Shown: positions 37,610 through 47,399 of the stretch, piece after piece
How the letters are laid out: each line of letters opens with the position of its first letter
How positions within the stretch are numbered: the stretch's first letter is position 1
Assembly (NCBI GenBank): GCA_022729705.1
Contig: DZAX01000007.1
Coordinates: 1,868 to 65,867 of the forward strand
Direction: 5' to 3'
From: Helicobacter cetorum
GTDB taxonomy: Bacteria > Campylobacterota > Campylobacteria > Campylobacterales > UBA6016
Length of the DNA stretch: 64,000 nucleotides
Program-made: the position numbers and the translations under genes
Notes under the pieces: model-generated
The model's database searches: none
What the model saw: only the letters and a program-made list of their open reading frames with translations
Told to the model about the DNA's origin: nothing

Positions 37610-38824
37610 CTAGCCTCTCTTTCTTTCGATATAAGTTATTAATGGAAGCACAACCAAAAGGAGTACTAAAAACGATACGGAGAATACAAAACCAATCCAT
37701 GCGTTAATACCGGTTGGAGGAAGTTTGCCGTACACGGTTAGTCCTATCATAACAAACAATAGAGCCCAAAACCAAACCGCAAACATCGGTCTCTTGTGCG
37801 CCGGTTTTACGCTAGGGCTTCTATCAAGCCACGGAAGAAGAAAGAATATAACGTTGGCTATACCAAACGCCATAAGCCCAAGGTTTGAACTAAAGAAGAA
37901 TCCTCTTAGAACTTCATAAGACCATAGAAAATACCACTCAGGATAGATGTGCGGAGGCGTTTTCATAGAGTCTGCCGGAATAAAGTTGATAGGATCCATA
38001 GCAAAGTTAAAATGGAAGAATACTAGATAGAAGAAGAATATCATGAAGCCAGAAAGAATAAAGAAGTCCTCGGCAAGAAAGGTAGGCCAAAAAGGCATAA
38101 CTTTTGAACCTTTTTTGTCTCCGGCTTTGAATTTTGCCGCTTCCGCTTCAAAATCTATCTCTTCACCCTCTTGGTTGTTAACGTGAGGAATTCTAAGAGA
38201 GTACATGTGAAGAGCTACTATACCCATAATAATTAGAGGTAAAATAACGACGTGAAGAGCAAAAAATCTAGTAAGCGTAGCGTCGGCTACAACATAGTTT
38301 CCTCTAATCCAAATAACCAAATCAGCGCCTATAAACGGAATACCGCCAAATAGGTTTGTAATAACTTGTGCCGCCCAGTAACTCATTTGACCCCATGGAA
38401 GCATATAGCCGGAAAAGCCTTCTGCGGAGAATGTTACAAAAAGAAGCATACCGCTTATCCATATCATCTCTCTACCACCCTTATATGAGCCGTAATAAAT
38501 AGCGACAAACATATGGATATAGATTACAAGAAAGACAACAGAAGCTGCAACCGCATGCACATGTCTAAAAAGCCAACCATATGCGACTTCGCGCATAATA
38601 GTTTGGTTGACGCTGTCAAAAGCAAGCGCCGTATCTGGTTTGTAGTACATTAGTAGAAACATTCCGGAAACTATAAGAAGCGTAAACAGCGTTGCAAGCA
38701 CAACGCCAAAGCTCCACAGAAAGTTGATGTTTTTTGGAATCCAATACTCAGTCATCATGACCTTTGTAAGTGCCGTAGTGTTTAATCTAGCGTCAATCCA
38801 GCTTTTATTTTTATCAATTGCCAT
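37610..38824 (-). CDS. petB: Cytochrome b
   Basis: GYMLPWGQMSYW, TLTRFFALH, PEWY. Confidence 0.97.
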   Translation of the reverse strand: MAIDKNKSWIDARLNTTALTKVMMTEYWIPKNINFLWSFGVVLATLFTLLIVSGMFLLMYYKPDTALAFDSVNQTIMREVAYGWLFRHVHAVAASVVFLVIYIHMFVAIYYGSYKGGREMIWISGMLLFVTFSAEGFSGYMLPWGQMSYWAAQVITNLFGGIPFIGADLVIWIRGNYVVADATLTRFFALHVVILPLIIMGIVALHMYSLRIPHVNNQEGEEIDFEAEAAKFKAGDKKGSKVMPFWPTFLAEDFFILSGFMIFFFYLVFFHFNFAMDPINFIPADSMKTPPHIYPEWYFLWSYEVLRGFFFSSNLGLMAFGIANVIFFLLPWLDRSPSVKPAHKRPMFAVWFWALLFVMIGLTVYGKLPPTGINAWIGFVFSVSFLVLLLVVLPLITYIERKRG

Positions 38825-38838
38825 TTATTTCCCTTCTC

Positions 38839-39351
38839 TTATGCTTTCAGCTCAGGGGCTAGTTTTTTATACTCTTCGCCCTCTTCGCCAAGCATTATTT
38901 TTGTTCCGTCTACCTTGAAAGGAGGAATAACAAGCGGTTTTGGAGGAGGTCCGAAAGTATTAACACCGTTTATGTCAAACTCGCCGCCGTGACATGCGCA
39001 CTTAAACTGCTTTGTCTCAGGCGCATACGCCGGTATACATCCAAGATGTGTACATATTGCGATTACAACGACAAAATCATCGTTTCCTACTTTGACAGTA
39101 GAGTTATTTTTTGACGCCGGCATATCCGGCGTTTTTTTGAGGATAAATACAGGTTTGCCTCTAAACTCTACCGTTCTTAACTCACCGGCTTTCATTGTAG
39201 ATACATCTACCTTGGTTACTCCTCCAGCGACTACGCTAGGAAGCGGATCCCAGGTCTTTGCCATACTATATGCCGCAGCACCGCCGCCGATACCGGCAAA
39301 AGTGCCGAGGGCGGTTAGTAAAAAATCCCTCTTCGACTCATCAACAGCCAT
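38839..39351 (-). CDS. petA: Rieske iron-sulfur subunit
   Basis: Tat-like KRDFL, CTHLGC, CACHG. Confidence 0.96.
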   Translation of the reverse strand: MAVDESKRDFLLTALGTFAGIGGGAAAYSMAKTWDPLPSVVAGGVTKVDVSTMKAGELRTVEFRGKPVFILKKTPDMPASKNNSTVKVGNDDFVVVIAICTHLGCIPAYAPETKQFKCACHGGEFDINGVNTFGPPPKPLVIPPFKVDGTKIMLGEEGEEYKKLAPELKA

Positions 39352-39470
39352 AAGATTCTCCTTATAAAATAAAAAATAGCCCATTTGACAAAATTAGCGT
39401 CAAATTTTCAAGCCTACTAATTATATTTACAAAACTGTAAATATATGATAAATTTTGAATAAATTCTACA

Positions 39471-41339
39471 TTATTTTTTTTGCAACTTAAGATATATCAA
39501 TATAACATCTGCTGCCGCAGGCGTTACGCCGCTTATCTGACTGGCTCCAAAGAGTGTTGTGGGGTTTGCTTTTTTTAGTTTTTCGACTATTTCAAAGCTT
39601 AATCCCGGCAGATCGTCATATACAAAATCTGTTGGGATCTTTACGTTTATATAGGTTTTCATCTTTTCTATCTGTTTTTGTTGCTTTTTGATGTAGTGAA
39701 AATATTTGCATTCTGTTAGGATTAGCTCTTTTATCTCATCGTCTAGCTCGGCTGTTTCCGGCAGTAGTTTGATTAGTTTTTCTTTGTCAAAACCACTTCT
39801 GCCTATAAGATTTATATAGAGCGTCTTGTCGCTGATAGGCTCCTCGCCCATCTCTTCAAGTAGCTTTAAATTCTCCCTAGAGGATGTAAAAGAGCGCTCT
39901 TCCAAATTTGCCATAAACAATGACAATATATTTTTTTTATGCAACATTTTTGCATACATATCTTCAGATACGAGTCCAATCCCATATCCGTAAGAGCTTA
40001 GTCTAATATCCGCATTATCTTCTCTCAAAAGCAGTCTATACTCCGCCCTTGACGTAAACATACGATACGGTTCGTTTGTGCCTTTGGTCACAAGGTCATC
40101 TATCAAAACGCCGATATATCCCTCTTCCCTGCCGATTACCAACGGGGCTTTATTTTTTATCTTAAGAGCCGCATTTACGCCTGCGATTAAGCCTTGCGCC
40201 GCCGCCTCTTCATATCCTGTGGTTCCGTTGATTTGTCCGGCCAGATAAAGCCCTTTTATTTTTTTTGTTTCTAGGGTATGCAAAAGCTCTGTCGGTTGCA
40301 CAAAGTCATACTCTATAGCATAGCCGTATCTGGTGATTACCGCGTTTTCAAGCCCCTCTACGCTTCGTATCATATCCACCTGCACGTCTATCGGAAGGCT
40401 CGTTGCCATACCGTTGATGTAGTATTCGTCCGCCTCTTTTGTTTGAGGCTCTACAAAGAGATGATGCCTGTCTTTATCTGCAAATCTATATATTTTATCC
40501 TCTACGCTTGGGCAGTATCTAGGTCCCACGCCTTGAATCTGTCCCGAAAAGAGTGGCGCTCTATCGAAGTTTTGCCTAATGATTTCGTGCGTGTTGTGGT
40601 TTGTGTGCGCTATATAGCAGGGAAGCTGATTTGGGTTAAAGTTTTTTTTGTCAGTTTTGAAACTAAAAGGTATTGGCGTCTCATCTCCGCCCTGAGCTTC
40701 CATTTTTGAAAAATCTATAGTTTTTGCGTCTATTCTAGGGCATGTCCCCGTCTTTAGTCGCCCCACTTCAAAACCAAGCTCTCTTAGTCTATCCGACAAC
40801 CCTTTTGCGGCAAACTCTCCAAACCTGCCAGCCTCTTTTTGAAACTCGCCAATATGAATTAAACCGTTTAAAAAAGTTCCAGTCGTAAGAACGACCGCTT
40901 TTGCGTAGTATCTATTGCCAAGCTCGGTTATTACGCCTCTTATTTCCCCGTCTTCTACGCTCAAATCAACTACTAAATCCTGCTTTGTTTCCAAGTTTTC
41001 ACTGTTTAGGCAGACGGTTTTTGCAAAATTGTTGTATTCGTCCATGTCGATTTGCGCTCTTGAACCGCGTACAGCGGGACCTTTTGCATCGTTTAGAATA
41101 CGATATTGTATGCCGCATCTGTCGGTTGCTTCACCCATAAACCCGCCAAGTGCGTCAACCTCTTTTACAAGATGTCCCTTGGCTAAGCCGCCTATCGCGG
41201 GGTTGCAACTAGTCGCGCCTATTCTGTCAATTAAAATCGTAAGCAGAAGCGTGTTAAGCCCCATTTTTGAAGACGCAAGAGCCGCTTCTATACCGGCGTG
41301 TCCCGCTCCAACTACTATTAAGTCGTAATGATGAGTCAT
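39471..41339 (-). CDS. mnmG: tRNA uridine-5-carboxymethylaminomethyl modification enzyme
   Basis: [38 protein letters not shown]. Confidence 0.97.
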   Translation of the reverse strand: MTHHYDLIVVGAGHAGIEAALASSKMGLNTLLLTILIDRIGATSCNPAIGGLAKGHLVKEVDALGGFMGEATDRCGIQYRILNDAKGPAVRGSRAQIDMDEYNNFAKTVCLNSENLETKQDLVVDLSVEDGEIRGVITELGNRYYAKAVVLTTGTFLNGLIHIGEFQKEAGRFGEFAAKGLSDRLRELGFEVGRLKTGTCPRIDAKTIDFSKMEAQGGDETPIPFSFKTDKKNFNPNQLPCYIAHTNHNTHEIIRQNFDRAPLFSGQIQGVGPRYCPSVEDKIYRFADKDRHHLFVEPQTKEADEYYINGMATSLPIDVQVDMIRSVEGLENAVITRYGYAIEYDFVQPTELLHTLETKKIKGLYLAGQINGTTGYEEAAAQGLIAGVNAALKIKNKAPLVIGREEGYIGVLIDDLVTKGTNEPYRMFTSRAEYRLLLREDNADIRLSSYGYGIGLVSEDMYAKMLHKKNILSLFMANLEERSFTSSRENLKLLEEMGEEPISDKTLYINLIGRSGFDKEKLIKLLPETAELDDEIKELILTECKYFHYIKKQQKQIEKMKTYINVKIPTDFVYDDLPGLSFEIVEKLKKANPTTLFGASQISGVTPAAADVILIYLKLQKK

Positions 41340-41349
41340 GTGTGTCCAT

Positions 41350-41437
41350 ATTTGATGTTACGCAACGACGAACAAAGTCCGTCGTTGCTACGCTGAGCGC
41401 TTAGCTACTAAAGCTAGCCGCCGTGAGGCGGCAGAGT
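41350..41437 (-). repeat. Family-A repeat copy A8 with a substituted middle module
   Basis: Reverse complement CTCTGCCGCC..GGCGGCTAGCTTTAG...GCAACGACGGAC-TTT-GTTCGTCGTTGC-GTAACATCAAAT. Confidence 0.75.
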
Positions 41438-41535
41438 TAAGTCGTATCTGATTTATTTTTGTATAAAAAGATGAGCTTATTTTAGCAAATTTGCGCTAAT
41501 TTAGCTCTTTGCGCGCGGGCTTTGCCGCGTGCGGA

Positions 41536-41832
41536 TTAAGAGGCTCTTTGTTCGTTTGCTAGTTTGCTAAGATAGCGTTGTTTTCTTAGCTTTTTATCTG
41601 TTTTTGAGAGTTTGCAGAGGTTTGTACCCGCTTCGTACATCATTGAGCCGTTTACAAGAGAGTAGACTCTTCTTTTTGAGTCGCCAAAAGTTACTTCAAT
41701 GGTTTCATTGTCCAAAAGTACTTTTTTAACGCCGTTGTATTCGTTTAGCCCGATTCGTAGGATTTTTGTTTTGTTTTTGAAGATTTGAAGATGACTGCCT
41801 GTGGTTTTGTAGCTGATTTCGCACTCATTCAT
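41536..41832 (-). CDS. Hypothetical protein
   Basis: 98-aa ORF with a G-rich RBS-like sequence upstream and a GC hairpin (about 41510-41535) just after the stop; no recognised motif. Confidence 0.55.
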   Translation of the reverse strand: MNECEISYKTTGSHLQIFKNKTKILRIGLNEYNGVKKVLLDNETIEVTFGDSKRRVYSLVNGSMMYEAGTNLCKLSKTDKKLRKQRYLSKLANEQRAS

Positions 41833-42020
41833 ATAACTACCCCCGCCTTGTTTTTAAAAGCCCCAAATATTACTTTATCATTCCTGAAATAATGAAATTA
41901 TCGCCTTTGCTTACTCGTTTTTTTCGATATTTGGGAGTTTATTGGCGTTTTTGATAAAATTTATATTTGTTGCAATAAAAGGCGCGGCGTAAGCCATATT
42001 TAGAAAAAATAGTGCGATAC

Positions 42021-42116
42021 CTCTCCCGCATTTATGCGGGTAGCTTCAGGGGGTGCAGGGACGCTCGCGTCCTTGCCATAAATAGGGGCTTTGCCGCTAT
42101 TTATGCGTAACATCAA
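42021..42116 (+). repeat. Family-A repeat copy A4
   Basis: CCCGCAT-TT-ATGCGGG / GGACGC-TC-GCGTCC / CATAAATAGGGGC-TTT-GCCGCTATTTATG / GTAACATCA. Confidence 0.9.
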
Positions 42117-42133
42117 ATTAGACAAGGCAAAAT

Positions 42134-42877
42134 ATGAGTCAAAAAGGTATTGGTGGGCATAGGCTGGCTGTGCTTATAGACGCGGAAAACGCGCAAGCTT
42201 CTCTCGCTCCCTATCTTCTCTCGGAGATAGCCAAATACGGCGTGGCTAGCGTGAAGAGGATATATGGAGACTGGACGAAACCGCAGCTTGGCGGTTGGAA
42301 AGAGACACTTCTGACTCACTCTATACAGCCGATGCAGCAGTTTAGCTACACAACCGGCAAAAACGCCACCGATAGTGCGCTTATCATAGACGCTATGGAT
42401 TTGCTTTATACGGCAAAATTTGACGGGTTTTGTATCGTCTCCTCCGATAGCGACTTTACCAGGCTTGCCGCTAGGATAAGAGAGTCGGGGCTTGTCGTAT
42501 ACGGCTTTGGAAAGCGTCAGACGCCAAAAGCTTTTGTGGCGGCGTGCGATAAGTTTATCTACACCGAAATCTTAAAAGAGGAGAAAGAGGGAGGCGCGGA
42601 GGTTGCGCTAAAGCCAACCAAAGAGAGTCCAAAAGACGAAAAACTACGCACACTCCTATCCGTCGCCGTAGAGGATTCGGGAGATGAAAACGGCTGGGCG
42701 AACCTAGGCGCCGTGGGAAGCGAAATCAACAAATACTCTCCTGATTTTGACCCTAGAAACTATGGATTTAAAAAACTAAGCGATTTGATAAAAGCCACCG
42801 GAATGTTTGAGTTTGATGAAAGAGACCACAAAAATTCACAAACAAAAACTGTATATGTAAGATTAAGAAGAAAGTAA
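42134..42877 (+). CDS. NYN-domain (LabA/DUF88) protein with C-terminal OST-HTH
   Basis: LIDAEN, IYGDW, GKNATD, SSDSDF, FDPRNYGFKKLSDL. Confidence 0.92.
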   Translation: MSQKGIGGHRLAVLIDAENAQASLAPYLLSEIAKYGVASVKRIYGDWTKPQLGGWKETLLTHSIQPMQQFSYTTGKNATDSALIIDAMDLLYTAKFDGFCIVSSDSDFTRLAARIRESGLVVYGFGKRQTPKAFVAACDKFIYTEILKEEKEGGAEVALKPTKESPKDEKLRTLLSVAVEDSGDENGWANLGAVGSEINKYSPDFDPRNYGFKKLSDLIKATGMFEFDERDHKNSQTKTVYVRLRRK

Positions 42878-42878
42878 T

Positions 42879-42950
42879 CAAAGCCCGTGTTAGCGGCAAG
42901 GATAAATGTCCCTGCACCCCCTAAAAAGCTCCTGCGTATACGCAAGAGAG
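42879..42950 (-). repeat. Family-A repeat copy A5 (third hairpin truncated)
   Basis: CAAAGCCCGTGTTAGCGGCAAGGATAAATGTCCCTGCACCCCCTAAAAAGCTCCTGCGTATACGCAAGAGAG. Confidence 0.85.
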
Positions 42951-43015
42951 CGGCAAGCCGCGAGAGCCCTCTGCTGAAGAGCTAATTTCTGGCTTTGCCA
43001 GAAATTTGAGAATTA
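42947..43015 (+). repeat. Family-B repeat copy B6, back-to-back with A5
   Basis: GAGCGGCAAGCCGCGAGAGCCCTCTGCTGAAGAG-CT-AATTTCTGGC-TTT-GCCAGAAATT-TGAGAATT. Confidence 0.85.
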
Positions 43016-43143
43016 CATCAAAATGAGTGCAATGCCTCATTTTTGCGAAATTTAATAATAAAAAATGTATATTCTCCTACTAAGAGGTATACTTCTTACA
43101 AGAAGTCTATTAACAAAAAAGTCCCGCAAAGGAAATCTAAAAA

Positions 43144-43548
43144 ATGCTTGAGGATAAAAAATTTGACCCTAGAAAATTATCCGCATACGGAACTGTAAAA
43201 AAAATCGACCCGGGCGATACGATTATTAGAGAGGGCGATTCTGGCGAAGAGATGTATATTATTCTGCAAGGCAAAGTGACGATTGAGGTTGGCAGCATGA
43301 TAGTAGGAGAACTTGGAGGCGGCGATTTTTTTGGTGAGATGAGCTTAATAGACAAAGAGCCAAGAAGTGCCACCGTAACCGCAGCTCAAACGTCGCTTCT
43401 ATTTGTAATTAACGAAGCGAATTTTGAGAGAGTTATCGCATGGGAGCCTGAGATTGCTATGCGAATCATGAAGAGTCTCTCAAAACGCCTAAGAGACATG
43501 AACCAAGAACTGAGAAATATTTTTGATAGACAGAGACAGAGACCATAA
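43144..43548 (+). CDS. Stand-alone cyclic-nucleotide-binding domain protein
   Basis: IIREGD...MYIILQG...FFGEMSLI..EPRSATV; no HTH. Confidence 0.9.
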   Translation: MLEDKKFDPRKLSAYGTVKKIDPGDTIIREGDSGEEMYIILQGKVTIEVGSMIVGELGGGDFFGEMSLIDKEPRSATVTAAQTSLLFVINEANFERVIAWEPEIAMRIMKSLSKRLRDMNQELRNIFDRQRQRP

Positions 43549-43615
43549 GCGGCAAGTAGCGAGAGCTCTTGCGCCGAAGAGTTCATTTTGGGCTTTGTTA
43601 AAAATGCGAGAATTC
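43548..43615 (+). repeat. Family-B repeat copy B7
   Basis: AGCGGCAAGTAGCGAGAGCTCTT...TCATTTTGGGCTTTGTTAAAAATGCGAGAATT; fills the gap between two convergent stops. Confidence 0.8.
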
Positions 43616-43616
43616 A

Positions 43617-44591
43617 TTATAGTCTCCTCTCCCACTCATAAGCGCTTTTACAAATTAACTCAATGTCGTCGTATTTTGGCTTCCAGTTAAGAGTGTTTAG
43701 TATTTTTTGGTTGTTGGATATAAGCAAAGACGGGTCTCCGGCTCGTCTATCGACAAATTCAGCCACAAAGTCTACGCCGCTCACTTTTTTGACGCTCTCT
43801 ATAACCTCTTTAACGCTATAGCCTCTTCCGTATCCGCAATTGAATATATCACTTTTGCCGCCCTCTTGCAGGTAACTAAGAGCCGACAAGTGCGCCGACG
43901 CCAAATCGTCTATGTGTATATAGTCTCTTACGCAAGTACAATCTTGCGTGTCGTAATCAGAGCCGAATATAAACATCTTTTTTCTCTTGCCGCAAGCGGT
44001 TTCAGAGGCTACTTTGATAAGGTGTGTTGCGTTTGGAAATCTTTGACCGATTTGTCCGTCCATAGAGGCTCCGGCTACGTTAAAATAACGCAAAATCACG
44101 AACTTAAAAGCGCTGTTTGCCGTAGCCGTATCTTTTAGCACCTGCTCGCTCATAAGCTTGCTAAATCCATACGGATTAATCGGGGAGAGTTGACTCTCCT
44201 CGGTAACCACACCCTCCACAGGCTCCCCATAAACAGCGGCTGTAGAAGAGAAGATAAAATATTTTACACCAGCGTTTACGGCGCATTTTACAAGATTTGT
44301 CGTGTTTACCGTATTGTTCATATAGTACTTAAGCGGATTTTCAACGGACTCAGGCACGACGATACTTGCCGCAAAATGAATAATAGCGTCAAACTTTTCA
44401 TCAAGCAAAAATTTCTCAACAAAGGCAAAATCAGATAAATCAGCCCTTACAAGACGCCCAAAAAGAATAGAGTCTTCAAATCCGGTAGTTAAGTTGTCAA
44501 GGACGGTTATATCAAAGCCTCCCGCCTCGCCAAGTTGTTTTACCATATGGCTTCCTATATATCCGGCTCCGCCTGTTATGAGAATTTTCAT
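43617..44591 (-). CDS. galE: UDP-glucose 4-epimerase
   Basis: TGGAGYIGSH, SSTAAVYG, YGFSK, LRYFN, RDYIH. Confidence 0.95.
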   Translation of the reverse strand: MKILITGGAGYIGSHMVKQLGEAGGFDITVLDNLTTGFEDSILFGRLVRADLSDFAFVEKFLLDEKFDAIIHFAASIVVPESVENPLKYYMNNTVNTTNLVKCAVNAGVKYFIFSSTAAVYGEPVEGVVTEESQLSPINPYGFSKLMSEQVLKDTATANSAFKFVILRYFNVAGASMDGQIGQRFPNATHLIKVASETACGKRKKMFIFGSDYDTQDCTCVRDYIHIDDLASAHLSALSYLQEGGKSDIFNCGYGRGYSVKEVIESVKKVSGVDFVAEFVDRRAGDPSLLISNNQKILNTLNWKPKYDDIELICKSAYEWERRL

Positions 44592-45733
44592 GCGCACACC
44601 CCAAGTATTAAATTTTTATATATTTCTATTGATTTTTCTTTTGAAAAAAACTCCGCTCTTTTTGGAGCGTTTGCGCGATATTCGCTCCTTAGCGTATCAT
44701 CTTCAATCATTTTGCGCATGGCGACGGATAAAAACTTATGCGTGTCAAGTCCTACCAAAATACCATATTCCGCCCTCTCAAGCCCGCTTGCAAGCATATC
44801 GCCCATTCCGCCCAAAATCTCTCTCGGACCGCTCTTACAATCAGTGGAAATAACAGGCAAAGAACACGCCAAAGCCTCTATCAGCACAGTCGGAAGCCCC
44901 TCAAGGCGAGAGCTCATCACAAAGCAATCTGCGGCGGCAAAGTAAGAGTATGGGTTTTCGCAAAATCCAAAAAAATGGACTCTCTCATGGATTCCCATCT
45001 CAACCGCCAAAAACTTTAGCTCCCTCTCCAGCTCGCCCGCCCCAAGCACCCACAACCTGCAAAACGGTTCAAGCGCCGCAAACGCTTTAAATAAAAATGG
45101 ATAGTTTTTTGACTCCACAAGTCGCCCTGCGGTGACAAAAATAAATGAATCGCTCTGTCTGGGCTGTTTTAAAAGAGCCAAAATACGGATTTTTTGCGTG
45201 TCCACCGGATTATAAATGACTGTTATTTTATCTTTTTTTACGCCAAAATTTTGTAACAAATCGGTTTTAATTCCATTTGACACCGCAACAACGGCGTCGG
45301 CTATTTGGTAAGACATGGAGAGAGCTTTTTTTAAAATCTTCTCAGCAAAACTATCAGCGTAATAACCGGAGAGCGTCGTGTGCTCAGCGGCGATAAGCTT
45401 TAATTTTGGATAAATCAGCCTTGAGAGAGCCGCAATAATGGTCGGTCTAGAAAGACAAGAGACAACAACGTCTATGCGATTTTTTCTACAATAGCTTGCA
45501 AACACAAAAACCAGCTTGAAAATAGAGAGTGCTTTTTGCATCAAAGAGTTTTCTACGTCGTGCTTGTACAAACTAACAACCTCAACGCCAAGACTCTCAT
45601 AATTTTGAACCGGGCTTACCGTGACTATAGAGACATCAAAGTGACTCTTGAGTCCAAGCGCTAATTCTAAGGCTACTTTTTCGGCTCCTCCGCCTCCTAG
45701 CGAATATATAAAAATTACTACTTTTTTTCTCAC
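44588..45733 (-). CDS. GT4 glycosyltransferase (PglJ-like)
   Basis: SLGGGGAEK, EGLPTVLIEA, STDCKSGPREI. Confidence 0.9.
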   Translation of the reverse strand: MRKKVVIFIYSLGGGGAEKVALELALGLKSHFDVSIVTVSPVQNYESLGVEVVSLYKHDVENSLMQKALSIFKLVFVFASYCRKNRIDVVVSCLSRPTIIAALSRLIYPKLKLIAAEHTTLSGYYADSFAEKILKKALSMSYQIADAVVAVSNGIKTDLLQNFGVKKDKITVIYNPVDTQKIRILALLKQPRQSDSFIFVTAGRLVESKNYPFLFKAFAALEPFCRLWVLGAGELERELKFLAVEMGIHERVHFFGFCENPYSYFAAADCFVMSSRLEGLPTVLIEALACSLPVISTDCKSGPREILGGMGDMLASGLERAEYGILVGLDTHKFLSVAMRKMIEDDTLRSEYRANAPKRAEFFSKEKSIEIYKNLILGVCA

Positions 45734-46287
45734 ACCCTTTTCTTTATACTTGAATTTGAAATTTTAACCGCAACAATACCGCCAACCGTAATATAAGGCT
45801 CTTCTACGCTTTTTGTCACCACGGCGTTTGCGGCTACCGTCACGCCCTCGGCTATATGCACGGCGCCGATAATTTTTGCCCCTGGACCGATATAGCAGTT
45901 GTCGCCTATCGTCGGGGCGTCAGGATTTTTGAGGTCTTCGCCTATCAACACCCCCGCTCCGGCTATTGTGCAATTCTTGCCTATACGCACTTTACCGTTT
46001 ATCACTATATCTCCATAGTGCCCTAGCTCCAGTCCCGCCCCGCAAGAGTTTGGCGATATACTAAATCCAAGCCTAACGGAGGCTTGCTGAAATCTATATC
46101 TAATCCACAGCGTATAAAATTTTGAAAAAAAAGAGTTTTTGCAGTTGAGACGATACTCCAAAAGTCGCAAAAGCTTCTGAAACTTCCAAATCTCATGAAA
46201 ATATCGATCGCGAAAACCGTCCCCAACTCTTAGGACTTTTTTATCAGCCTCCAAATACTCCAAATACTCTTTTTTGTCATGAATCAT
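45730..46287 (-). CDS. Serine-acetyltransferase-like hexapeptide O-acetyltransferase
   Basis: IGKNCTI, PTIGDNCYIGPGAKIIG, AANAVVTK. Confidence 0.85.
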   Translation of the reverse strand: MIHDKKEYLEYLEADKKVLRVGDGFRDRYFHEIWKFQKLLRLLEYRLNCKNSFFSKFYTLWIRYRFQQASVRLGFSISPNSCGAGLELGHYGDIVINGKVRIGKNCTIAGAGVLIGEDLKNPDAPTIGDNCYIGPGAKIIGAVHIAEGVTVAANAVVTKSVEEPYITVGGIVAVKISNSSIKKRV

Positions 46288-47399
46288 GTATCAAGCAACT
46301 CTAAAACCGTATTTTTTACGTTTAGGGTGATACTAAAATCATCTACAGCTCTTTTTCTCCATAAAGACGGGTTTTTGATGGCATACTCAAGCTTTTCGCA
46401 TAAATCGTCAACATCGCCGCTTTTAAACACATATCTTATATCGTTTACAATAAGCCCCATGTCGCCGACATTGCTAACGACTACGGTTCGATCACAGCTC
46501 ATAGCCTCCAAAAGGCTAAGAGGCATTGCCTCGCCAAGACTTGGCAGACAAAAGATATTGATGGCGTTGTAAAATCCTCTAAGTTCGCTTATTAGCCCAA
46601 GCCATAAAAATCTATGAGAGTACTCATCCAAAATCTCTATACACTGCTCTTGTATTGTCTCATCGCCATCCCCAGCCGCTACAAACATCAGATGGGGATA
46701 CTTAGCCAAAAGCCTTTTTGCGGCTTCGGCTAAAAGCGGATACCCTTTCATTCTATCAACCCTAGCCACAATACCTATTACAAGCATATTTTTTGAAATA
46801 TGGTTTAGAGTCCTAAAAGCGTCTCCAGACGTCTCGTCCGGCTCAAAATATATGGTGTTTATACCGTTATACACAACAACCGCCTTATCCATATCAAATC
46901 CGGCTTCTTTGTGATACTCGTAAGCCGAATGGCTGACGCATATTATCTTCTCCGGATACTTTGACAAAACTTTTTGAAGCCAAAATACCATTTTGACAAA
47001 AGAGCCATAACTTCTATAGTCGATAAAGGCGGAGTGAAGCGTCCATGCAAGGTTGTATCTTTTTTTCGCAAACACCCTTGCAACTTGACTAAAGATATTC
47101 ATCTCACCTAGGTGAGAGTAGACAACATCCGGCGAAAACTCGTTTAGAGTCGATATGTATGATGAGAGAAATCCGATTACATCAAAGCGTCCGCCTTTTT
47201 CGAGATTAATATATGTAAGCCCCTGTATCTGTTTTGCGTTTTCTTCCATGACACCGCCGTACATAGTGACTAGACACACCTCAAAACGCCCCTTATCTAA
47301 GGCTTTTAAAAAAGACAACACCTGCTTTTCGGCTCCGCCTACATCAAGACACCTTATGGCGACAAGTAACCGTATTTTTTTATTTTTCCAGTTTTGCAA
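46284..47399 (-). CDS. GT4 glycosyltransferase
   Basis: GGAEKQ, YNGI, EAMPLSLLEAM, SNVG. Confidence 0.88.
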   Translation of the reverse strand: MQNWKNKKIRLLVAIRCLDVGGAEKQVLSFLKALDKGRFEVCLVTMYGGVMEENAKQIQGLTYINLEKGGRFDVIGFLSSYISTLNEFSPDVVYSHLGEMNIFSQVARVFAKKRYNLAWTLHSAFIDYRSYGSFVKMVFWLQKVLSKYPEKIICVSHSAYEYHKEAGFDMDKAVVVYNGINTIYFEPDETSGDAFRTLNHISKNMLVIGIVARVDRMKGYPLLAEAAKRLLAKYPHLMFVAAGDGDETIQEQCIEILDEYSHRFLWLGLISELRGFYNAINIFCLPSLGEAMPLSLLEAMSCDRTVVVSNVGDMGLIVNDIRYVFKSGDVDDLCEKLEYAIKNPSLWRKRAVDDFSITLNVKNTVLELLDT

